From positions 39,735,424 through 39,798,254 of the forward strand of contig NC_068982.1 in NCBI RefSeq assembly GCF_001194135.2: a stretch of DNA of 62,831 nucleotides. Direction: 5' to 3'. The notes below the pieces were generated by a model that was not told the origin of the DNA, did not search any database, and worked only from the letters and a program-made list of their open reading frames with translations. The position numbers and the translations under genes were made by a program. The stretch is from Octopus bimaculoides (lineage: Eukaryota). This document shows positions 13,290-26,595 of this stretch, in pieces. The first letter of the stretch is position 1. Each line of letters opens with the position of its first letter.

Positions 13290-13610
13290 CTTGACATTTT
13301 CCGGGGCCCCAAGTGTCTGAGGTGCCAGTTCTGATCTATGTATATTTTGCCATGAAGTCAATGAATAAATACTAAAGAGCCCAGTACATTGGTTTGCTTG
13401 GAGGCCTACAATACTTGGCGAGTTAACCAAGAGAGTAGTGCTAAACGCCCTCATTCACAAAATAAACCAGGATCCAGGAAAAAACACATGCACGGGCGGT
13501 AATATGAAATTACATCACTCAGAAGAAACACTTCACAGAAGAGGTGTGTGGAAAAGGTAAACAATCACGATGATGCTCCAGCATGACCGTAGATGCATGA
13601 GTTATAAGTA
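13290..13610 (+). mobile_element. Decayed 3' end of CR1-group LINE
   Basis: TTCCGGGGCCCC (FRGP), a PDEP/MRAA-like remnant near 13465-13500, and the tail AATCACGATGATGCTCCAGCATGACCGTAG matching 39235-39262. Confidence 0.5.
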
Positions 13611-13634
13611 TGTATATATATATATATATGTATA

Positions 13635-14023
13635 GGCGCAGGAGTGGCTGTGTGTTAAGTAGCTTGCTCACCAACCATATCGTTCCGGGTTCAGTACCAG
13701 TGCATGGCACCTTGGGCGCCTTCTACTAAAGCCTTGGGCCGATCAAAACCATGTGAGTGGATTTGGTAGACGGAAACTGAAAGAAGCCGTCGTATATGTG
13801 TGTGTGTATGTTTGCGTGTCTGTGCTTGGTCCCCCCACCATCGCTTTACGACCGCTTGCTGGTGTGTTTACGCCCCCGTAACCTAGCTGTTCGGCAAAGA
13901 GACAGAAGGAATAAGTACTACACTTACAAGGAATGAGTCCTGGTGTCGATATGTTTGACTAAACGCGGTCCTCCAGTATGGTCGCAATCAAATGACTGAT
14001 ACAAATAAAAGAGTAAAAGAGAA
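13635..14023 (+). mobile_element. tRNA-derived CORE-like SINE, family B (full length)
   Basis: Head GGCGCAGGAGTGGCTGTGTG (A-box), GGGTTCAGTACC (B-box), CORE-like GGCACCTTGGGC, internal (TG)n, and 3' tail CCTCCAGTATGGTCGCAATCAAATGACTGATACAAATAAAAGAG. Homologous to 55261-55770. Confidence 0.85.
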
Positions 14024-16419
14024 TATATGTGTGTTTGAGTGCGTGTGTTTATATGTTTGTGCGTAACTTTCTTTGATATCAGGAAATGATATTTCTATAT
14101 ATGAAAACTTGCGATAACCAAATGGAAAATACTTTGAGTACTCGGCAAAATATCACGAATTTGTCTTCAAACTCTTTCACTGACATAGAATTTTGCTCTG
14201 GTACAAACGACAGAGCAAAAACCAATTTTACCTTGGCCGGCAAAGAATATCAAATTACTCACTGACACAATGACGACGCTTCGATATATCATTGAGCCTT
14301 ATGGGAATTACTGAGTAATTTTGTTTACTTACAGTATTGAGTTCGATCTTCCACGCACGGAAATAGAAATTGTACGCGTATGCATGATTCTATTAAACTG
14401 TAAACAGTTATGAAGTGACTACATCAGAAATATATAACATTAAATTAAGCTTTGCACAGTTCAATGCTTTTATATTCCATCCTCCAGGGTCGATAGAATA
14501 AGTAGCAGCTATGTACAAGCGTCGTGTTAATTAACAGTGCCAACCCAAATATCATGTGGCATTCTCCCAAAGCAAGAAATCAATACATAAGAATTGTCAA
14601 AGAATCTCAAAAAACATTCAACTATGAGAAATAGTGAAAATCTTCCCAGTACACAGTCTGTAATGATATAAATATGAGCGAATTTATTGCATGTGCGCAT
14701 ACAGACTGAGAAATAAATACACTTATGAACGCAAACATGTGATGCCAGTGACATTCACATAAAGGTGTGTACATGTTCACTTTGTAATACTTACACATTA
14801 ATACAATCATAAACAAACACAGAGTTACTGATGAGATTCTATGCAATTTGGGGCATTTGTGAAGCAGGAGAATAATAATAACAAATATTCGTGCTGGATG
14901 TTAAGTGTAACCTTTTATGTTCTTTTCGTTCTTTCGCTAAATATGTCAAATCTTTGTGAATGAGTCAAAGTACTGCAAGTATTATTTATGCCGTGAAGAT
15001 ATTATTATTTAAAAATAAGAAAGAAAACACACTTCTCATTTCCTGTATTTCAAGAAAACGTTAGTAACGGTCCCTGCACTTTATTATATTCCACTTAGTT
15101 ACATAGTACCTCTATTTTAATCACTTTTATTACCGACATATGTAACAATATTCCGGGCATCCTTCACCAGTTTTTCAACACGGTGTCCAATATTTTGAAG
15201 ATCTTTGCCTAAAGGAACAAAGTTTTCTTTTATGTATGTTTATAAAGCAACAACCTTTAATCACTATCACTGTTTCCTATTAGCTATTAGTATTAAGAAG
15301 CCAAGATTACCTCCGAAGCAATTTTAAGTAAACTACTTAAGACGAAAGCAAGTAGAATTTCAATAAATCTTTCATGCTAAAGAAATGCTTAATCAACCAA
15401 GAATCTAACCTCAAAATCTTCGAATTTCAGAAATATATAAAGCTTCAGGATAATGTCTATAAACATAAATTGCGAAATCATAAAACGAAGTTACCATTAA
15501 CTGAAGGACAAAAAGAGAAAAAAAGAAAAAAGGATGTAATTTTCTCTTAAAGCAAAATAAATAGATAAATAAATAAACAAATATGAATGAATGCTTAATT
15601 GTAATCTTCCTATATAGGTAGATAATTAGCTATAAAAACAAGATTTTAAAACAAATACGTCTTCACAAACATTGGGAAAAACACTTCAGTGCTATCAAAA
15701 GAAATACATTGTTAATGAATATAGAATAATTCAGTAGTAGCTAGTTGATTAAATCGCTGCGTTTGTTGTGCTTTAGCCCTAGGTCAAATATGATTAGCAG
15801 ATCTATAGTAAAGTAGGTAGACCTCCGAACGAGTAGTTAAGATCCACAGACCAATTGCTTCAGATATGGTATACTTTAGTTTCGTTGGAGACTATATAAC
15901 ACATTCTGACAAACAATGGGGAATTGTATGTTAGAGAGTAATGAAGTTTGCGCATATAATTCTATTCTACTATTTCTGAGTATTGCAGTTGTGTCTATTT
16001 GTTATAGCACTGATATAATCCATTCAGGATCCAAAATATTGATCGTACGTTAGTTTTCTCTCTTTGTGTTGGTTAAAATAATGCTTGGGAGAGTGAATCC
16101 TATGTGATGGTTATGCTTTCTTTACTATCTTCTATATACACTGTAAATATTGTTCAAGCATTGTATATAAGTATNNNNNNNNNNNNNNNNNNNNNNNNNN
16201 NNNNNNNNNNNNNNNNNNNNNNNNNNNNNNNNNNNNNNNNNNNNNNNNNNNNNNNNNNNNNNNNNNNNNNNNNNNNNNNNNNNNNNNNNNNNNNNNNNNN
16301 NNNNNNNNNNNNNNNNNNNNNNNNNNNNNNNNNNNNNNNNNNNNNNNNNNNNNNNNNNNNNNNNNNNNNNNNNNNNNNNNNNNNNNNNNNNNNNNNNNNN
16401 NNNNNNNNNNNNNNNTTAC

Positions 16420-16850
16420 TATCTTCTATATACACTGTAAATATTGTTCAAGCATTGTATATAAGTATTAGAAATTTACTTTTGTGTCATCGGTATGATT
16501 TAATATTGTATCTGGCGGCTAATGTTATATAGTGTTCTCCCGTTGTTAATAGTAAGAAAGAATTATCTTGAATTGTAGTGTGATTCATATATAGATGGAG
16601 GGTTCTGGGTAGAAGCGGAAATTTAATAGCATGATGTAATCCGCAGATAAAATTGTGTATGAATTAAGGTGATTTATAAATGTTGTGTCGTATAAGTATA
16701 GGTTAAAATAAATGGCTTTGGTGAGTATTACATTCGGAAGTTATAGATATTTCAAATAGATGTAGGTTGATAGCCAATATATCACATGATTTCGTATGTA
16801 TATGATACACGGCTGTATGGTTGTGCAGGTAGATAATTGGTAGGTTAATG
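16420..16850 (-). mobile_element. Possible very old LINE reverse-transcriptase remnant
   Basis: On the minus strand, KAIYFNL..YDT (AxFxDxxKAFD-like) precedes TCATAC-CGATGACACAAAAGTA (SY[A]DDTKV with a 1-nt loss) at 16477-16498. Order is right but similarity is weak. Confidence 0.25.
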
Positions 16851-16876
16851 GATAGCTAGCTAGCTAGCTAGCTAGT

Positions 16877-16915
<39 letters not shown>

Positions 16916-17594
16916 CTATAAAAACAAGAATTTAAAACAAATACGTATTCGTAATGACTGAAAAATAGAAAATTAAATGTCAACAAAAGAAATACTATCT
17001 TAGTCAACATAAAAGTAGCAAAAATATTTCGCGAAAACGGAACAAGTTGTTTTGCTATAGTCAACGTTATCTAGCAGCGCTTTTTCTTTTAATTGTCCTA
17101 GTTGACAGTTTGTATCCCTGTCATCCTCATGAGATATTTTTGTCAATATGTTTCGAAAGATACTTGATAAGGGCGTTTACCTGCTGCTGAAATTGGTACA
17201 TTGATGCCGGAATTGTTGTGGTCATTTTTAAAAGTTGCCTTGCAATTAATTACATGTTTTGCGTGTAATGCAGTGCCAATGTCACTGGGTAAAGTGTTAA
17301 TTTACACGCTTCTTAACTATGTGTGTAAAATCTGTATTTAAAGAGTTAAGTGTGATGCGATAGTGTCACCCTAATTAGTTTCTGTATTGTTCTCGCACCA
17401 GAATATTTGATGAGCATCCAAAACTCTCGTTGATCATCCTGCTTAGTAAAGTATTAAGTTAATGTAATTAGGGTCTATAACGTGAACGGAAGAGTAGTGA
17501 TATTGGACACGAGATGTTTGTGTGTGTGCCTGTACATTGCTGTCCAATGTACAGGGCAACTGTACAGGAGTAACTAAGACTAAGACGAAGTGAG

Positions 17595-17608
17595 TATAGA
17601 TAGATAGT

Positions 17609-17682
<74 letters not shown>
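17595..17682. repeat. (GATA)n microsatellite
   Basis: Directly visible. Confidence 0.95.
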
Positions 17683-19594
17683 TAAAGAGAAAAGCAGGCA
17701 GATATACACACACGCACATACACAAAAAAATATGCGTGCATTATGTTAATTCGTTTTCTTCTGATGGATTCTATTTTTGAATATTTGCATGTTTCGTACG
17801 TTTATGATTAACTGTTGTATGTGATATCTATATTACTGTTTAAATGATGTTATGCATATCATGAGGGCACCCCTGTGCTCTGGACTATCCTCATTCAGAG
17901 ATATATAATTCCAGATGTTCTACGTTAGATCTCTGCTTTTCATTTGTAATGACAATATGAATGTAAAACGTAATGCTTAAATATTTTAATACCATGAACA
18001 ATTTTCAAGCCACTCCATATGTGTAGCAGAATATTTGGACCGCTTTTGCTTGATGTATGTGATACTTGTTGGTGATCTACCTTTATTCTGGTACATTTTG
18101 TGCATTAAGTGATTGTGGTTAATATTCTGTGTGGCACTACGAATGTGTGAGTGTAGATACGCCTAACAATTTTTTGTTTTGTTCTATTGCTTAGAATTTC
18201 TTTGGTATTTAGCGTCGTCTGTTTGTATGCGTCTGATTATATTTTACTCTATCTTACTACCCTACTACCCTATTTTGATTCGCATTTCATACAATTATCA
18301 TCCCGTATTTTCTATTTTTGATTTTTAATTATTTAATTCCTTGATATTCATCTACTGTTTTTTTTCTGACTATCATGTAGCCTTTTTCGAAAATATCTTA
18401 TTTGAACTCTTAACCAGTTTAGTCCGTAATTTCTAGGATACTGGAAGTAAAGTGAGAAAAATTAAGCTCCTATTTTCATTTTGTTTGGTGACTGCATAGA
18501 GGATTCCTCGTTGGCTTATTGAAAATGCGAAAGAATTTTCAACATTATTTTAAGCTTTGTAGCGCAATGAGTTTTATGCAGAGAAAGTTTGTTCTTTATC
18601 ATTTTCTTTTCATTAATTGATAACGATATAAATAGCAATATTCTTGTATGGTTATAAATTATCCTAGTGCCAGATTTACGATGAGAATTTATTTGGAATA
18701 AATCAACTCTGTCTCTATGGAACGAACAGGAGATTTAAGCAGAGTTAGAAAGCTATCAAAATTTATATAGCAGTTTTAAATGCGGTCTTTACGTTTACAG
18801 AAATAATCCACAAGTCAATAACTGAAGTTCCTGTATTAATTAATTTCTTGAATATTTATTTCAATCTCAACTAATCGTTGCTTTTTGCGTCACGAGCGAT
18901 TATTTGTCAAATAAATATGCTAGAGTTTTCACTGTAATTACCAATGTTACGCACTCCCAATTTCTGTGCAATCCTGGGTAACTGTTTAACATAATCTCAA
19001 TAAGAAAAGATTTGAAAATCCTGTGCAACAGTATAACTTTTAATAGCTCTATTCGTATGTATATCTTGTTCTTTGGTTCGCCTCTTTCTCTCCTATATGG
19101 TTGTATTGTAATTTGAATTTGGAATTAGAGAGTATAGTTGAGTCTGGCTTTAAGATTGTGCGCGCGCGCGTATGTACATCGTATTTAATTATATATATAT
19201 ATATATATATNNNNNNNNNNNNNNNNNNNNNNNNNNNNNNNNNNNNNNNNNNNNNNNNNNNNNNNNNNNNNNNNNNNNNNNNNNNNNNNNNNNNNNNNNN
19301 NNNNNNNNNNNNNNNNNNNNNNNNNNNNNNNNNNNNNNNNNNNNNNNNNNNNNNNNNNNNNNNNNNNNNNNNNNNNNNNNNNNNNNNNNNNNNNNNNNNN
19401 NNNNNNNNNNNNNNNNNNNNNNNNNNNNNNNNNNNNNNNNNNNNNNNNNNNNNNNNNNNNNNNNNNNNNNNNNNNNNNNNNNNNNNNNNNNNNNNNNNNN
19501 NNNNNNNNNNNNNNNNNNNNNNNNNNNNNNNNNNNNNNNNNNNNNNNNNNNNNNNNNNNNNNNNNNNNNNNNNNNNNNNNNNNNNNNNNNNNNN

Positions 19595-19654
<60 letters not shown>

Positions 19655-19675
19655 CCGCAGCAGCAGTAGCAGCGG

Positions 19676-20473
19676 CATTTGATGAAAACTCTCACCTTAT
19701 CTTGCTGAGTGTGAGGGAAAGTGTCATCTGTCCACAGCCAGCTGACTAAGGTGACACTTGTTTACTAGTTATGCTTCAAGAACCCTGCGAAGAATTGGTG
19801 CAGTTCCAAACAATGCTTCACACTTTCACCGATATTTTTGAGTCATATTCATAGTTGATTGCTGATATTTCCTAAGCGCCAATTACTATTGATTTCACGT
19901 CTACTCTCCACACTGACCACAACCTTCGTATTTCCTGTTTCAAATCGTCGTAGTTGTGCAGTTCTTCTTCCTCCTGTTTGATGCTATTGTCTCCGTGAAA
20001 TGCTATGTCGATTATCATGCATGTCCTCTCTTGTTCATTCATCATATCAATGTCCGGTTTCCGATATCTGATTAGGTGATTACAGTGTATCATTGTGTAC
20101 CACAGGATTTTGCAATTTCCATCATCGGTAATTCCTTCTGGGATTTACTCGTAACACGTCTTTGCTCTCTGTAGGCTGTGATTCCCATGGAGCTCCCAAC
20201 GGAACATTCTTTTCACATTGTTATATCGTCTTTTGTATTCGTGTTGTGTCAGATTCGGACATTTGCTAACGATGTGCCACACCGTTTCCCCATCTCACCA
20301 CACAGTCAGCATTTGTCGGTAGTGTTGTCGATTCTGCACTTTACATAATTAGTTCTTAACGCTTGTTCTTGAGGTGTTCATATAAGTGCTTCTGTTGCTA
20401 CCTTCAGGTCACTCCTCTTCTTCCATAGCCACCGGATTTTTGTATCTGATTTGGTGTTTGTATCTTTTTTCAA
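19676..20473 (-). mobile_element. 5'-truncated R4/Dong-like LINE (older copy): zinc knuckle plus RLE domain
   Basis: Minus strand reads SDLKVATEAL..QEQALRTNYVK, C.LCGE, WHIVSKC, RKPDI..CMIIDIA..YDDLKQEIRRLW, ending GTAPILRRVLEA*. The 3' UTR runs into a (CTA)n tail at 19595-19655. Several stops. Confidence 0.85.
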
Positions 20474-20480
20474 ATTATTA

Positions 20481-21628
20481 TTATTATTATTATTGTTCAG
20501 TAGTTTTATTTTTATAACGTGCTTTCACTTCACTACCGAGCGCAGCTCTGTGTGTCTTGGGTATGTGCTGTGGCTTGCTGTGATGCTCTTATGGTTACTG
20601 TATTAAAAGTGTTTTGCGTNNNNNNNNNNNNNNNNNNNNNNNNNNNNNNNNNNNNNNNNNNNNNNNNNNNNNNNNNNNNNNNNNNNNNNNNNNNNNNNNN
20701 NNNNNNNNNNNNNNNNNNNNNNNNNNNNNNNNNNNNNNNNNNNNNNNNNNNNNNNNNNNNNNNNNNNNNNNNNNNNNNNNNNNNNNNNNNNNNNNNNNNN
20801 NNNNNNNNNNNNNNNNNNNNNNNNNNNNNNNNNNNNNNNNNNNNNNNNNNNNNNNNNNNNNNNNNNNNNNNNNNNNNNNNNNNNNNNNNNNNNNNNNNNN
20901 NNNNNNNNNNNNNNNNNNNNNNNNNNNNNNNNNNNNNNNNNNNNNNNNNNNNNNNNNNNNNNNNNNNNNNNNNNNNNNNNNNNNNNNNNNNNNNNNNNNN
21001 NNNNNNNNNNNNNNNNNNNNNNNNNNNNNNNNNNNNNNNNNNNNNNNNNNNNNNNNNNNNNNNNNNNNNNNNNNNNNNNNNNNNNNNNNNNNNNNNNNNN
21101 NNNNNNNNNNNNNNNNNNNNNNNNNNNNNNNNNNNNNNNNNNNNNNNNNNNNNNNNNNNNNNNNNNNNNNNNNNNNNNNNNNNNNNNNNNNNNNNNNNNN
21201 NNNNNNNNNNNNNNNNNNNNNNNNNNNNNNNNNNNNNNNNNNNNNNNNNNNNNNNNNNNNNNNNNNNNNNNNNNNNNNNNNNNNNNNNNNNNNNNNNNNN
21301 NNNNNNNNNNNNNNNNGTGATCATTTTCAAGTACTGGGGGTGGTTTGTGTTCCCACCAGTTTTTATCATGGGGCAAGTTCAGGTCTTTGCATATTACCCA
21401 GTGAATATATTGTGCAGCTCTATCATGCCTGTTGAGATACTCTGTAGGCGCAAGCAGACTGCACATGGAGACAACATGATCGATGGTCTCATTTTGTTGT
21501 TGGCATATACGACATAATGGGGAGCTGCCGTTCTTTAATATGTTGGCCTGGTAGTTCTTTGTAGGTAGGCATTGATCTTGGGCTGCTATGATAAACCCCT
21601 CTGTTTCTGATTTCAAGCCAGAGGCCAT
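20481..21628 (-). mobile_element. 5'-truncated R4/Dong-like LINE (younger copy; gap 20620-21315)
   Basis: Open frame MASGLKSETEGFIIAAQDQCLPTKNY..CRICQQQNETIDHVVSMC..RHDRAAQYIHW (CCHC knuckle). 3' UTR at 20495-20619 ends ...AAAACTACTGAAC(AAT)n. Confidence 0.9.
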
Positions 21629-23415
21629 ATTATTAACTATCTATCCCGTTACTCTTTCTTTCTTTTCCTTTTATTTAAACGGTATTTACGGCTCTCGAAT
21701 GTATTAGTGCTATTTTATTACTACAACGCTTCTATACTACTGCTGTTGTCACGAATGCTACTGTTGCTACTGCTAAATGTACTACTACTTTCACATGACC
21801 GTTTTGATGGAAGTAGATGGTAAAATATTGCTAAATAATGTTTGGAATATTTAAGGCGTTTAACGTACATTTTTTTTCCAAGTCAGAATGCCTCAATACT
21901 CCAGAAGACAAAATGAAAAAGCCGTTTCCCCGGGGCATTACGAGGGAAATGTGCTAAAACAGTCACTTCACCTCACGGGGCTCGCACTTGCGGACAGCCA
22001 TCTCCGCCCCGATAGCGATGAGCAGGGATATGGTCCAAGAGACAGGAACACCGGTGGCCTACACTGCCAACACTTGAAGTTCAAGTTTACTTGAAGTTCA
22101 CTATAAAATGTTTACTGACTCATATTGTCTTCATTATGAATACAATCTCAAAGAAAAAGTGAAATAGAAGGGACAATATGTGAAACAATTAAATATCAAA
22201 GTAAACTGACCAGCTATGAGTACCCAATTAGAACGGCTGATCCGTATTGAAAACACACACACGTACACACAAACAACCGTTGAACCTAAACTCACAGATT
22301 AGATGCAGTGTGTGAGTCACCATATTGTAAACTGTGCGACGAAAATGTTGACATGATACAACAAATAATAAACGTGAAAGTGAGATTAACAGACTGTGTC
22401 TTTGGATGTCTCAGGTTGCATCAGTTACCTCCAGAAATTTTCTAAAACGTTGATCGTTTGCAAAGATATATTCTTCACAATTCGATTTATTTTTATTCGA
22501 GATGTGCTCATTAGATTTCAGATTCGTCGCATATTAATATCATGAAATATTTTATTGTTGGGAGAAAAATCGCAATCTTCAATTACGAGACTGTCTTACT
22601 TTTAAAATTTTGAAAACTGAAATAATGATTATATTCTCTAAGTATGGTAAATTGGAAATTTTGCAAGACTTGAGTACATATTTTGAGTTTATCATATTTT
22701 GTTGATGGTAAATTGTAATTAGGTGCAGTGAATAAAATCTAAATCTATTAAGCAAGTCACATAATAAAATTAAAATTTCTAACAGATAATTGTATTTTTG
22801 TTAAGAAATAAATTATCTCTTTATATATATATATATATATNNNNNNNNNNNNNNNNNNNNNNNNNNNNNNNNNNNNNNNNNNNNNNNNNNNNNNNNNNNN
22901 NNNNNNNNNNNNNNNNNNNNNNNNNNNNNNNNNNNNNNNNNNNNNNNNNNNNNNNNNNNNNNNNNNNNNNNNNNNNNNNNNNNNNNNNNNNNNNNNNNNN
23001 NNNNNNNNNNNNNNNNNNNNNNNNNNNNNNNNNNNNNNNNNNNNNNNNNNNNNNNNNNNNNNNNNNNNNNNNNNNNNNNNNNNNNNNNNNNNNNNNNNNN
23101 NNNNNNNNNNNNNNNNNNNNNNNNNNNNNNNNNNNNNNNNNNNNNNNNNNNNNNNNNNNNNNNNNNNNNNNNNNNNNNNNNNNNNNNNNNNNNNNNNNNN
23201 NNNNNNNATATATATATATATATATATATAAGGGCTTTCTTTGTTATACTTTCAACGAAAGAAATTTTAGACCTTTCATTCATAAAATAAATTATTCCAA
23301 GAATATTTGGGCAAATGTGAATGAATGAATAAGCACCATATTTTCAAAATAGGTGTTGGGGCCGATTTTGTACAAAGATATAAAAGATAAAAAAGTTAAG
23401 GCTGTTACACAGACA

Positions 23416-23672
23416 AGCGCAGGCTTCGCTGAGTGGTCATAAGCTTAGTTGCTAACCACAGGTTCTGGGTTCAATCATACACCGTGATACCTTGGGCAAG
23501 TGTCTTCTCCTATGTCTCCGTCTTTATATCCCGTGTTCAAATTTTGCCGAAGTCGACTTTGCCTTTCTTCCTTTCGCTGACGATGAAACAAGTATCAGTT
23601 GAGCACTGGGCTCGATGTAATCGACTTAGCCCCGCCACCAAGTTTCAGGCCCTTGGTTCCTATAGTAGAAAT
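23416..23672 (+). mobile_element. Chimeric SINE: family B head/CORE fused to family A body
   Basis: 23416-23513 matches family B (..GGGTTCAATC..ACCTTGGGCAAGTGTCTTCT). 23514-23672 matches family A (GTTCAAATTTTGCCGAAGTCGACTTTGCCTTTC..GATGTAATCGAC). A (CAT)n tail follows. Confidence 0.7.
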
Positions 23673-23681
23673 TTTAATCAC

Positions 23682-23727
<46 letters not shown>

Positions 23728-24839
23728 AGCATAATTATTATTAATTGATTGAATAAAACGTTTTCGATAAACTTCTATACCAAAATTACTTCGAGACATT
23801 TATTAAATTTACTCATATTTCTAACATTTCCACATTTCCAACAAATTACAGAAAGCACGCGCATCATGCTGGTTGGTTATATATGTCACACAGTTTAGTG
23901 TTTTGAAGATTACATCCACATACGTTGCAGCGAAGCATGCTACAATTGTTAAAATTCCTTTATCATACCGCATACTTCTTACTATAACAAATTATATTCT
24001 TAAAGAACAACATTGTTCACAGCATGTTCGTGAATGACATTGGTCTTATTAGAAATTTAAAATAACCCCTATTGTTAATTCTGAACACGTTACTACAGAG
24101 CTTACTATTGTTGGGGACAGAGACCTTAGAAAAACATTTTCATTTCGAAAGCGACATTAGGAAAATAGATTCAACATTAACCGCAAACAAATTGCAAATT
24201 TAAGATTAAAAAATTAAAAAATTAAAAAATACATGTGTATTCACAAAAACATTTCATTTGTCAAAACTTCAAATTCTGTTGAAAAAGAATAGTTTTAAGT
24301 TAAAAAACATTATTCAGAGAATTGGGTTCTTTGTATTTAAATCTTCGGCCAAAACAATACGATGACGATGTTAGGATATACAACACACCAAGTGTCCAGA
24401 TGAGATATTGCACATTCTCAAAATCCAATATAAAATGGTCTTCTATCCGCATTACAAATGTAGATACTGACTGTCAGGAAGTATTCATTAGTATGACAGT
24501 AGGTAATCAAGTCATGCTCTCGTAAAACTCTAATGAGACTTCATAAATTCTTTTTACTTCAATTCAGCCCCAGCATGCAAAATTGTTGTAGTGAATCGAT
24601 CGAAAATTATTTTACTAAAGTTTCCGGGCACCAGAATTAAATACTGACAAACGTTAATTTTACAATATTTCTGACATTTTGTAGAGAAGATAGGCTGGGT
24701 TGCATGTAGTTACATCCCTCATATTTCATATAACTATAGTATTACAACAAATAATCTGTGCAACTATGATTACTTGTGCAGAATATTTATTGTGCTTCAC
24801 TTAGCTTCAATCTACAATACGTTGGCGACGCAACTTCAG

Positions 24840-25330
24840 AACTATGAACAGAATTTGACATTTTTATCCCTTGGCAGAAATATCGACTATCTTTATATGA
24901 ATTTTGACAATGGTTTTGATTATGTGGACCATCGGATTTTATACAACAATATCAAACTCATTAACATAACCAGACAAATAGTTGCTGGAAATTGTATTTC
25001 CTTTCAAAGCAGGAACCAAATGTTTACAGTTAAGAGCAAGGTGGCAATAAAGTCTGTATCGTTTTATATCCAACAAAATAATACCCGTCTCTTACACTTT
25101 TCTATTCTTCCACAAACCTTGAAGGACTGTATCTGCCAGATTAGTCAGTGAGATGTTATCCGATGGTGATATGGAGAAGTATATAAAATATATACTTTGA
25201 GACCAAAATTCTAGTAAAAACTTTCCTGCATTCATTTTACAGAACTGCAAGCAGGGCCAATTCCAAATATACAAAAAACTAAATAACTTGAAAATCATAA
25301 TATATGTTCTATAACACAGGCTTCTTAATA
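24840..25330 (+). mobile_element. Decayed CR1-group reverse-transcriptase fragment
   Basis: Reads LGRNIDYLYMNFDNGFDYVDHRIL..RNQMFTV, resembling the RT motif G.NVD.IY.DF.KAFDKVDH.IL..R.Q.V.V. Confidence 0.55.
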
Positions 25331-26595
25331 ACCGTTAGTTTTTGTTAGCCACTTGTAAGGCTTATGAGAAGTGTCTTCATAAGAGAAGCAGCAGCACTGT
25401 TAACGATATGCCTGATCGAATATATTTCTACTCATAATCAAAATTCCCAATATTTAGATTTCCCAATAATATAATAATACCTCTTTGAAATCTAAGTCGC
25501 TTGATCAGGCCTTGAAGTTCAAATCTGCAGTATGCAGAAGTGAGCGAGATGTCATAGTTAAAAGTATTCCTGATACCATATTTCGCTAGAGAGCATTGTA
25601 TAATTCATCAGAATGTCATGAAACAGATATATGTTATCACGAAATGGAGGTTTTATCAGCTTGCATTTCACTGCAAACACTCTGTTACAAAGCTATCAAT
25701 GGATCCAAGTAGTAAAAAACATTCCGAAACTATATATCATATGATGTGTATTTACGACTCTCGTTGATATGTTTAACTTCAACGTCTTTTCATAAGGTCT
25801 CTTCGACCGGATATAACCAGTAAGATTAACTCATTACTATATCGACTTCCAAGACGGACAAACATTGAAAACTTGAAAATACAATGTAATATGTAAGTAA
25901 ATGAAGATCCCGAAGTTTAAGTGGTGCTGTTTCATCTAGAACATTATTATAAGAAAAAAATGAAAAATTAACAATTATATCGGATTGGTAGGGTTGTCAG
26001 GGCACTTAAAAAAAAATTTTACGAATTTTAGTTATAGTCATTTATAAATTCCAAATTCCTGCGAGATCAACATCATTTTTTCTGGGTTCGACAATATCAA
26101 ATACCAGGCAATACAGAGTTTAATTTAATTGACTTACCGTTCTTTCCAAGCATGTCCTTGTGTTTGCCTAAGAAATCAATGTTATAATTGAAGCGATAGT
26201 TAACTGATATTCAGTTGAACGTCGTTTGAAATAACTTCTGGCCAAGTTGAATATTACTGTATGTCTCTTCAGGTTCGATAAAATAACGTGGCCAGCTAAA
26301 TACATTTCTTGATATGATCCACTTTACTCGTTCCCAGAGGCGAGGCCCTGTGTGCATGTTAGAAATCAATAGTGCTTATGGTTGACTGAATCGTTTGTGT
26401 CAGACACCATGCTTTGTGGTATTTAGTCACGGACGTTTATTTTCTATCAAGAGAATTCAAATCTTTGTATCCTCCCATTGTGAATAAAATTATGTACTAT
26501 TGAAGTAAATAGTAGGATCAATATAATCGACTAACCCCATTCCCTACATTTGAAGCCTTGTGCGTATATAAAATTAATATTTTTAGAATTGCTAT

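Noticed and set aside
13635-13710. tRNA-like heads here and at 28761, 49870-49940 and 62581
   Set aside because: They have A/B boxes but continue into SINE bodies and lack a complete cloverleaf, so they are not tRNA genes.
16122-16468. Identical 53-bp sequence on both sides of a 241-N gap
   Set aside because: It cannot be distinguished from an overlap artefact; a collapsed minisatellite is possible but unsupported without long reads.
17900-18200. Minus-strand KLLGV... resembling an RT thumb region
   Set aside because: Too degenerate to assign.
22280-22380. SPYCKLCDENVDMIQQI resembling an R4 zinc knuckle
   Set aside because: A single short motif lacking the His/Cys partners and any flanking homology.
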